This document shows positions 27,269 through 36,800 of a stretch of 64,000 bases of DNA, piece after piece. The number at the start of each line of letters is the position of its first letter. Within the stretch, counting starts at the first letter, position 1. The translations under genes were made by a program, and so were the position numbers. Below the pieces are notes generated by a model. The model searched no databases, was not told where the DNA came from, and worked only from the letters and a program-made list of their open reading frames with translations. The DNA comes from a virus, in IMG/VR virus record IMGVR_UViG_3300025009_000080, positions 8,706 through 72,705 of that record. One strand, written 5' to 3'.

Positions 27269-30200
27269 TATTTACATTTTTGATTTGTGGAGCAATCACA
27301 AAGCGACTTAGCAAGGTTGTATAATTCAACCATTTTGTCATACCATTGCAGCGTTTGAGCCTCCGATAACGACCGGATAACAACTTTTAGCTTTAAATAT
27401 GCCTGAAAACACTTGTTGTTGCAGATCATATTGTCGCAAAGGTTTTTGATATTGCAGAATACCGTCCGTTCGAGGTCTCTCTGGCAACTTGTTAAATCAC
27501 AGAACTGAACGTAGTACTGAATATTGGTGTAAGTTGAAGGTAATTCTTCAATGAGTTCCCAATTACTTTCCCAATTTACCCCTGTACCAGGTTCAATGCC
27601 AAGGTTATTATTCACAAGGCTTTTGTAAAACACCACTGAGCTTCCGGATGCCATTACAACACAATCATCTTGCAGGTACGCCCCGGCAATATTATAAGCA
27701 GGTGCGCTTTCAAGTGTTACTGTGTATATCCCACCGCTTGTAACGGTAATTGGATACGCCAGCACGTTTGAAGAAGCGGGTTCAATTAGTTCATCATACA
27801 CCTGATGTGTACTCATTACATAGTCCTGTCCGTTCGGTTTGTGAACTGTGATCTTTCGATATAGTGTGAAATCTGCAAGGTCATGGTTTGCGTCGGCTCC
27901 ATAATTGCTTTCATCATAAACATTTGCTGTCTGGCAATCAACTGCCGTTGCAACCCTGCAAGTGGTTTCGTATCCTCCTGCTGTACCTGTTAACTCAACA
28001 CTCAGATATATCGTAGCTACCTGTGGGCTGCAAGTAAAGGCAGGATTTGCGAAAGTTGATGTAAGGGTAAGCGTACTGTTAACAGGAGATTGTGAAATAT
28101 CACCCGGAATTATGTAGGTTAATTTTACAGGAATCTGCTGATCTGCAAACACCTCTGTATCTACTGTCGCAATAAGATATGCAGGGTTTTCTGAAATATG
28201 TGTTTCGTCCCACGTAATCCCGGCCAATACGGGTTGAGTCTGGAATGTTACAACATCTTCACCTGTAGGCAATGCAAATGTAAGTTCAAATTCACTTACC
28301 TCTGATGGCTCCCTGTCAATATCTACATAGGCAATAAGTTCACCTGAATCAGACGGACGTAAATCGTAAGCAGAAAGCAGGTCTGATAGCCATGATACAG
28401 GGCAAACCGGGGTACTTGCTAAAGTCAGAGTGTATGTCAATGTCAGTGATCCGCTACATATAATAACGTTTTCATCATTGCGTAACACCCAATTTATTAC
28501 AGCGTTAACTACTGAAGGATCGGGTAACGCCGTACCTGTAACACTAACCGTAACCGGCACACTGAGTAATTGGAACTCATTCACAAAAGTCCGGTATATG
28601 GTTTCATTCCCGAATGGGCTTTCTCCAAAACTTACATTGTCAGCACCACTCCCTTTTGTGAGTTCAAGTGTACCGTAATTTGATCCTGTATTAAGTTGAA
28701 TGGTATCCGCAAATTGGGTTGCTGTGTTAAGGGGAACCTCTACAAAATATTGATTTTGAGTAGGTACTATCTGGCAGGTTTCCACGTTGGCATGACTTGT
28801 CAACAAGAATGGAACTTGCAGATCATCTCCACAGTCCATTTGAATTGTAACAATCCCTGATATTGCGGTAACTACTGTTAATGGAGAATACGTAAATTGG
28901 ATCTGATGTGTGCGCCCTACTGCGATAGTCTGTGCTATCGGGAAATACACCTGTAATCCTGCATTAGCAAGATTTGAAGGTATTGTAACACCCGTCAATA
29001 TAATACTTGAAGTCCCTCCATTCCCTATGGTTACTATTTGGTTTGTTGAAGTGCCTACGTTTTTTTCAAGATCAATAACCGTATCCGGAGTTACTGATGT
29101 AACGTCATTTCGGACAACCCATTGCATTGTGATCTGGCATACGTTTTCGACTATCGGAAGTGAAGCCCATGGTTCCCTGTAAACAGTAACGCTCATGGTT
29201 TCAAATAGTGTGTGTGCGCTCATTGCGTCGTCGTGGAATACCCCAAAGGATACAAGGTCTCCGATTGTGAGCGAAAGCGTCTCAGAGATAGTCCCTCCAT
29301 AGTTATAGAGACTGTCAAGGAATGTCGTGTTAGCTACTCCGTTTACGAAAATAGCATACTGCCTTACTGTCGAAGTAATGTCATCCGGGATTTGAAGGCT
29401 GAGCAAAAATGTATAATCGCCGGTTGCCGGAACCTCGATTACGCTTGTGCTTAGTGTTTCGGTTACACTATGTGCAGCCCAAACAAAATCTACATTCTGA
29501 GTACTTACTAATGCAGCATCTCCTTGGATTACCGCATCCAATGTCAGCGCAAAGAAGTCATTTGTGTCACTTACCGGCACAAGTGCCGCTGTTTCTACAA
29601 TCACTGACCCGTTACCATATGTAGCTACTGCAATATCGGCAGCGTTTTCGCAGAGTTTCCGGTTAATATCAAGTATAAATTGGTGTAATCCCGCTGTCGT
29701 ACTGCAAGTTACTGTCAATGTAATTGTTTTGCTCTCTGCTGGCATTAAAACATAATCAGCATCGGTAGCTACTGCCGGGAATGCGATCACTACTCCGCTG
29801 CTGTCATCATCACTTAGGAAGGGATACCAACCGTGAATCATGTCACCAAGCCGTACCATTCCGGTATCTCCGTCAGGACAACTGTGTGCTGCATTATTGG
29901 TAATCTGTACCTGAATTTCTGCGGTTGCTGTTTCGCATCCACATAAGGTATCGAGCGTCTGTGTTCCCGGACAACTACCTGCAACACTTACTGCTTCTCC
30001 GTTTATCCATGTAAAATCCAGTACCGCAACTGAAAGATCAGATGTGACGGCCGCAACTTCTTCGATTTCCTGTAACGCATCAAATCTCCAATACGAATAA
30101 TACTGAACAACTCCGGGTGTGTACCCCAACTGCAATGCCCTTGTACTTAGGTCTGCAATATTTGCGCTATCACACTGAATAAGGATTTCCAAATCCTCTG

Positions 30201-30804
30201 TATCCAAAATTGCAAGCTCAGTAACGCCTGAAATAAATTCAGTCCATACCCCTGCAAGGTTGTAATAAACAGTGAATGCCCCTATTGTGTCAGGCAGAAC
30301 CACAATTTCATTTACCGTTGTTGTTGCGCCTGAGTTGTTTACAATACGGTTAATATGGTTTGCTTTTACCCCTACATTTAGTTTGGAGTCAAATTTAATA
30401 AACGGAACTGCCAGAATTACATCATCTGAATTACCCTGAAGGGTAAGCGTTACTTCATCATTAGCCGCATCTACGGTATAGGTGTTTGGCAGTAATGTAA
30501 ACAATCCTGTCCAGTCCCCAATCTGAGAAGATCGCACTGGCTCCACTGTAAGCACAATCGGATTTAATGTAGTGAGTTCGTCAAAGTCAAAAGCCCTCGT
30601 ACAATCCCATATACCAAGGCTAATTTCTGTATAAGTGAATCCGGCAATAGTAAAGTCCCTATCGGGAACCATCCCGGCAGCCCTGATTTTAAGCGTATAT
30701 ATTGAAGGTGGTGAAGTCAGAACTCCATCGGTTGAAACAATGAGGTTTGCTGAGTTCATACTCAGGTTGCTCATGGTTAAAATTGTGCTGCTTAGTGATA
30801 ACAT
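27268..30804 (-). CDS. large structural protein with Ig-like (ASH/choice-of-anchor D-like) domains
   Basis: VTIGNGGTSSIILTGVTI...QFTYSP...SGIVTI pattern; Cys-rich C-terminus. Confidence 0.7.
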   Translation of the reverse strand: MLSLSSTILTMSNLSMNSANLIVSTDGVLTSPPSIYTLKIRAAGMVPDRDFTIAGFTYTEISLGIWDCTRAFDFDELTTLNPIVLTVEPVRSSQIGDWTGLFTLLPNTYTVDAANDEVTLTLQGNSDDVILAVPFIKFDSKLNVGVKANHINRIVNNSGATTTVNEIVVLPDTIGAFTVYYNLAGVWTEFISGVTELAILDTEDLEILIQCDSANIADLSTRALQLGYTPGVVQYYSYWRFDALQEIEEVAAVTSDLSVAVLDFTWINGEAVSVAGSCPGTQTLDTLCGCETATAEIQVQITNNAAHSCPDGDTGMVRLGDMIHGWYPFLSDDDSSGVVIAFPAVATDADYVLMPAESKTITLTVTCSTTAGLHQFILDINRKLCENAADIAVATYGNGSVIVETAALVPVSDTNDFFALTLDAVIQGDAALVSTQNVDFVWAAHSVTETLSTSVIEVPATGDYTFLLSLQIPDDITSTVRQYAIFVNGVANTTFLDSLYNYGGTISETLSLTIGDLVSFGVFHDDAMSAHTLFETMSVTVYREPWASLPIVENVCQITMQWVVRNDVTSVTPDTVIDLEKNVGTSTNQIVTIGNGGTSSIILTGVTIPSNLANAGLQVYFPIAQTIAVGRTHQIQFTYSPLTVVTAISGIVTIQMDCGDDLQVPFLLTSHANVETCQIVPTQNQYFVEVPLNTATQFADTIQLNTGSNYGTLELTKGSGADNVSFGESPFGNETIYRTFVNEFQLLSVPVTVSVTGTALPDPSVVNAVINWVLRNDENVIICSGSLTLTYTLTLASTPVCPVSWLSDLLSAYDLRPSDSGELIAYVDIDREPSEVSEFELTFALPTGEDVVTFQTQPVLAGITWDETHISENPAYLIATVDTEVFADQQIPVKLTYIIPGDISQSPVNSTLTLTSTFANPAFTCSPQVATIYLSVELTGTAGGYETTCRVATAVDCQTANVYDESNYGADANHDLADFTLYRKITVHKPNGQDYVMSTHQVYDELIEPASSNVLAYPITVTSGGIYTVTLESAPAYNIAGAYLQDDCVVMASGSSVVFYKSLVNNNLGIEPGTGVNWESNWELIEELPSTYTNIQYYVQFCDLTSCQRDLERTVFCNIKNLCDNMICNNKCFQAYLKLKVVIRSLSEAQTLQWYDKMVELYNLAKSLCDCSTNQKCK

Positions 30805-30823
30805 GGCTGTTGTATTTAATGGT

Positions 30824-30831
30824 CAAATTTA
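30824..30831 (-). promoter_or_regulatory. putative -7 promoter element
   Basis: TAAATTTG in a 36-nt intergenic gap; no clear -33 element. Confidence 0.45.
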
Positions 30832-30840
30832 CAAAATATT

Positions 30841-33800
30841 TTATTCATTTTCGGACTCATTGATAATAGATTGAATATCCCTATTGAACCCGGCTTTTAC
30901 TCCTGTTCTTTCTTTGAATAACTCCCATTTGGCTTGCTCATTGGCTAAATTCACAATGTTTTCCTTCACATTATTGAGTGCCTTTGTCCTGTATTCTGCT
31001 GCTATTTTCTTTTGAGTATCTAATTTAATATCCATTCCCTCTGCTGCCAGATTTGAAATAGGAGTGATCGTGTTTTTATCCATCTCCATTAACATCTGAA
31101 CCATGGACTTGATTTTCTGTCCTCTTAGCTTGCAGAATTTGTAGTATTCATCATCGGTCATTGGCTCGTAGGTCTTTGTCTTATCATTGATGAGCATTAA
31201 CCCTTCTGATTCACGCTTTGGTTTGGCGATAAATAGATTGTTCTCATTTAGGAATTTTGCTTCCGGGCTGATCTTTTCTTTGCCAAACATAAAGTTTGGG
31301 TCGGCATAAACGGGATCTCCAAGCACATTAACCATATCGCTCAGGCTGTTTCTGGCTATCGGAATATCCATAATCATTTTAGCGAAAAAGTCATCTGCCT
31401 CTTTTCTTGGCATATCAAATACCTTTTGGGTGTACTGCGATGTTTGTGTTACGATATTCGGCAAAACGAAACTCTTTCCTGTACCTGCCATTTTTTGCAT
31501 ATAGCGTTCAAACTGTCCTTTTGTTGGCGATGTTAGCGCATTCATAAGGTTTGCTACGTTGCTTACAAATGACATATCCCCGAACGTCTTTATGTTTTGC
31601 TCATTGGCAAGCATTATTTTCCGCAGGGTTGTTTCTTTGTTAAAGTCAGGATCGTACTTTTCACCGTCCCTCAATATTCCAATAGGTGCAAGTAAAAGTA
31701 ATAAGGGAGTGTACTGGTACGACCACCAAATACCTCCTGCTTTTATACTGTACGGCTTCCATCCTTCGGCTTCAAGTTGTTTGTTTTTCTGCCAGTCCCT
31801 TGTCCCATTGGCGGTAATTTGAATTGCGCTTTCGCCTTTTTCATCTTCCTGTGTCATTAAGTACAGAGCCGTTGAAGCTGCAAGTCCAACACCTGCACGG
31901 ATAAATGCTTTTGATCTTTCCTCTGGTGTGTATTTTACATATTTGCCGCCAAACCTTGTGTTTTCAAGCGACTCCCACCCAACACCACCTTTTATTCCAC
32001 GATACAGTGCTACAGGTGGAAAGAAGTCTGCTGATCGAGTCATTACATTGGTTACAATTCGAGTAAACGGAACAATAAATTTGCCCGGTCTTACCGATAT
32101 TGTTTTACCTGTAAATGGAATTGGAACCCGTAATCTCATTGCATTTGCAAGGTATGACACCGCATCCGACAAAAGTCCAGCATTTCCTTCTGTATTGTGG
32201 TTATAGGTTAGCTTGGCTGCAAAGTCATTGGTATCGTCAATAATTGACTTATCCCTTCCCATTTCAAGTAACTCATAAGCCCTTATCTTTGCTCCGGTTG
32301 TACGCATCCATTTTTCTGCACGGGTACGCTGCTTTGAAGTCATGTTTGATGGTAATTCCTTAATGGAGACTTCGGCTTCCTCCAATGCAATTTTTTCAGC
32401 TTCCTTATATGCCTCCGGTGTACGGTTAAGTATCCTGTCGACTTCTTGCCAAACTGCTTTGTTATTAAAGAATGTACCGTCTTTGGAGTTGAAAAACTTA
32501 ATTCCATTCTGAGCTGCGATCCTTTTTGCCAGCGAGAATGCTCTTAGGTCTTTTCCGGCTTCATAGTTCATGGCATCCGCCCCAAACATAATGCGTGGCA
32601 CGTACTTGGCTGCATTTGCCGGATTATATTTGCCGTCAAATTCCCATTGCTCAAGAACATTTCCTACCTCTACTGACTTACCTCTTATCGGGGCATATCC
32701 GGTTTTCATTACGTCCCTAAATTTCATTGCGCCACGTCCGTATCCTGTTGACATAGAGTAAATCAAAAAAGGAATAGCTGACGGGTTTTGTATCGCTTCT
32801 TCTGTCAGTGCAAGCAAGTGGTTTGACATATTGCCAAAAACGTTCTTTTGTTGGGTGCTGATACCGGATAGCATATTAGCATACCAAAATCCTGTTCCAA
32901 CGTCACCCCAATCAATACCTGGTAGTTTGGCTTGGTAGTTTAGTAAATCAGTAATAGCCCTGTTCTTGGGTTCTCCCTGTGGGGCATCATGCACTCTTTG
33001 AGCAAGTCGTTTGATTTCAATAGCCTGCTCTGGTGTGATTTCCGGCAATCCCATTTTCTCTGCATACATACGGGTAAATTCAGCATCATCAAATGCTCCC
33101 ATATTGGAGAGTTCGATCATGGCTTCATGGGTTGCCTTTATTTTCTTTGGAGATTCAAATATGCGTTCCTTGGTGGTTAAGGATTTGCGCAATGCGTTTT
33201 GCTTGGCTCTTAATGTAAGTCGTTCAAACGCACTTGCAACGGACTGAGTAAGTAACCGGGCATCTTCACCGGAAACACCTGCTTCTTCAATGAGTTTTTC
33301 GGTAAGCGACCTGCGGGTAGCGTCAACCTCTGAATAGTGTTTACGGATAATGTCGTTAATGGTTTCGTCCATGGATTTCATGGCTTCCTTGACGGCTTTA
33401 CCTACCTGACGTTCTGAGTACGGTTTGCCTATAATTTCATCATAATACCCTTGTAACTGATCTTTCATGTCAGCCTTTACATCGTCGCTAATCTCCATAT
33501 TGTCAATACGGGATTCCACTTCTGCCTTAGATGCTTCCCAAACTTCCTTGTATTGTTCTTTGTTGGCAATAGCCTCTCCGATAGTTTCAATAGTCGGTTT
33601 GGTTTCTGCCCCCTTTTGTGGTTCAAGTTTTTCATCAACTTTCCCGAAAAGAGTGTTTATCATATCCCTTACCGGGTCGTATGCTTTTGGCTTTGAAGAT
33701 AATCTGCGGACAATCCTTTGTGCAAGGGTGTTGGCTGCATCTTCGGTTTCTTTATCGGCTTGTTTTTTGAGTCCGTCCGTTTCAATTTGTCCCCAATCTT

Positions 33801-36800
33801 TGCCTTCAATCTTGTCGGGAATATGTTTTTCAAAGTCCTTTGGGTCAATATCGACACCAAATTCTTTTTTGAATTGCTTTGCAAGTAGAACTGCTATTTC
33901 TGCTGTACGGAATGCGCCTTCTCTCACATAGGATGCGGTCAAATTCCCTACTAATTCAATAGCTTTTGGGCTAAACCCACCTGCTGTTGCAAGGAATAGA
34001 TCAGACTTTTTAAATCCTTTGAGTAAGTCCTTCCGGTACGCCCGTTCTTTTTCGACTAAGGTTTTGAATGTTTTTGGCTCTGCTGGTTTCTGTGGTGTTT
34101 TACCTACCACTTTCCCTACCTTTGAGCTTACATCTTTGTCTTTCAGAACTCCGTCAATAGCTTCTGCGTTGGCATCATCAAGTCCTTTCTTTTTGGTCTT
34201 AATACTGCCTTCGTTGTCTTTCACTTTCTTATTGCGCTGCTCTTTTGCCGCTAATTGCGCTTTGAATAACTCACGTTCAGGGATAGTAAATTCGCCCATG
34301 GCACGGAGTTCCTGTGCTATCTCTGTTCCCTTTTGGGTATAGGTCTGAATAGCCCTGTCTGCAAGTTCTGAGTAGTATCGGGTAGCCTCTGATTTCTTTC
34401 CGTAACTTTCAATAAACAGCCTATTGGCTTCATTTATGGATTCGCTTCTGAGTAAGGTTCTTGTTATTGGATGAATAGATGGATCTCGTGGATTGTCCTC
34501 CATCATCTTTATTGTGCTTTCAAGTCCCCTTGCCTGAATGATAGCCGTGGCCTCCGCCTTACTGACTTCGATTTCCCTTGGAACATAGAATCGTGCTTTA
34601 TCGTTGTTCATTAGGATTTCTTTCAGTTCGGGTCTAATGTCAGGATTATCAAGCACACTTCTTGCACCGCCACGCTCTTTCATTCCATCTGGTATGCCTG
34701 TATCTGATACTGGTTCCTTTGGTTTTGCCGGAGGTAGGGTTTCTTTAACGGGTTCGATAACTTTTTTTGGCTGTTCAGGCATGAACATATCGGTTACACC
34801 CTTGATCTTTTTGGTGATTTCGGATTCGTCTGCATCCGGGTGTTTAGCCTTGATGTAGTCAATTGCTTCTTTTATACCAACTTCTATTGCCTTACCTGCT
34901 TTTACACCTGCTATTACAATGTCAATAGCGGTGTTCCATGCTGCTACCGGGATACCAAGTGTTGCATCAAATAGTTTGTCTTTGGTATCAACCTTTAGGT
35001 TTTCTAACGCTGAAATGGCTTTCTCTGACCAATCAATTTCGGTTTGTTGTTTTACCTTGTCAATCTTTGACTGCAATGAGCTTTCATTGGTATCAATCTG
35101 CTTCTGAATGGCTCCAATTTCGTTATCGAATGACTGCAATGCCTTCTTTTTGGTTTCTTTGTTGTACTCAAAGTCAGACTGAAGGTCTTTATTTCCTCCG
35201 GTGTCTTTTGTGTCTCCAAAAATTCCACTACGATTGTCGAGTTCGGCTTCCTTTTGTGACCTGCGCTTCTTTGCAGATGCGAGTGCAGCTTTTAACTCTG
35301 CTTTAGTGGCTTCGTAGTCTCTTTGGATTTTGTCGATTGAGGCTTGTTGCTTAGCCGTGAGGCTTGGTGCTTCATCTGTCGCTGCGCTTCCCATTTCAGG
35401 TACTTCATTGCGCTCTCCTGTTTCGGTTTCATAAAATGATTTTTGTAGTGCGTTGTATTCTTCTTCTGTTAATACTTTGTGTAATTCGTCGTAGTAATCA
35501 TCCAGTAACTCTTTGGATATTCCGTACTTATTGATTTCGTCTGCAAGAACATCTGGCATTTTATCACCCTGCTTCTGGTCATTGGGCTTTAATCTTTTGC
35601 CGTCAATCTCTTTACTGAATAATCTTTTATTGATTCTACCGTTGGTAAGACTTATTCCTGTCAGGTCGATAAAACGATTGTTTAAATCCTTCATCAACGG
35701 CGACATCTTAGTGTCATACTGCTGCAAATACTCGTAGTCTTTTATAAAATTAACTACGTCTTCAGTAGTAACTAATTCACCACCTTCAACACCTTCCATA
35801 TCCAGACTGGCTCGCTGTGCTACTTGTTCAATTCCTTCACCGCCTTTACGGATATATGTGAACCGGATCCCCCTTGTCAGTTTATTTTTGTCTCCCTCTT
35901 TAATCCACGATTCCTTGCTTATGTGTCCAATGTGCTTACGGATGGCATCCTCTTTGGCACTATGATTAGCTGGAATGGCAGATGCTCGTTCATACCCTAT
36001 AGCAACTTCACGTGGGTTGTCCGACCCTGATGCAACTTCTTTCATTGCATCGAGTTCATTCATTCCACTACTCAGCAATCCTTTATTTTCTACGGTTTCT
36101 CCCTTGTCAAGGTCAATACTATCAATGTACTCATTGATTACGGTACGGTATTCGCTGTTTTCTTTGTTTTTCCCATCTTTCCCTTTTACTCTTGAAGGGA
36201 TTTCTTTCCCGTGCTTACCTCTTACAGTTAAGGAACTGCCTTTTTTCTCGATCTCGTATTTCCCGTTCGATGAAGTAAAAACAATATTCGGTTTTTCGTG
36301 AATGGTTACTTTGTTCTTATCAAAGACTATAAGCATCCCTTCCTGTGAATCTACCTCCCTGTGATAGATACTGTCATACCCCTGCTCTTTCAGTCCTTTT
36401 GTTACTTGTTTTGCTACATAGGGTTCTAAATCGGGATAGTTTTCATAGGCTTGGTCGAATGAAGCAAATGATCTCGCTTCCTCTTTGTTAATGTTTGGAT
36501 TGTCTTTAATAAAAGACTCAATAGCCAGTGGCAGTGCTTCATTCTGTAAGTCAATAAGGCTTTTACCTTCACCGGATTTTGCATCAATAACATACGGGTT
36601 CTCCACTGATACGCTCGCCTGTTGAACGTCTGATTGCTTATCTGACTTAGAATAACGATTCCCCTTTTCTGTGGATAGATAAGTGCCTTCGGCTTCCCCT
36701 GCACCCATTACCAGTCCTGAAACGTGACTGAGTGGCTTAGAATTGATTTCTTTTACTACTTCGGCTTTGGATAATTCGGTTTCGGTCGGCTGCCCTGTTT

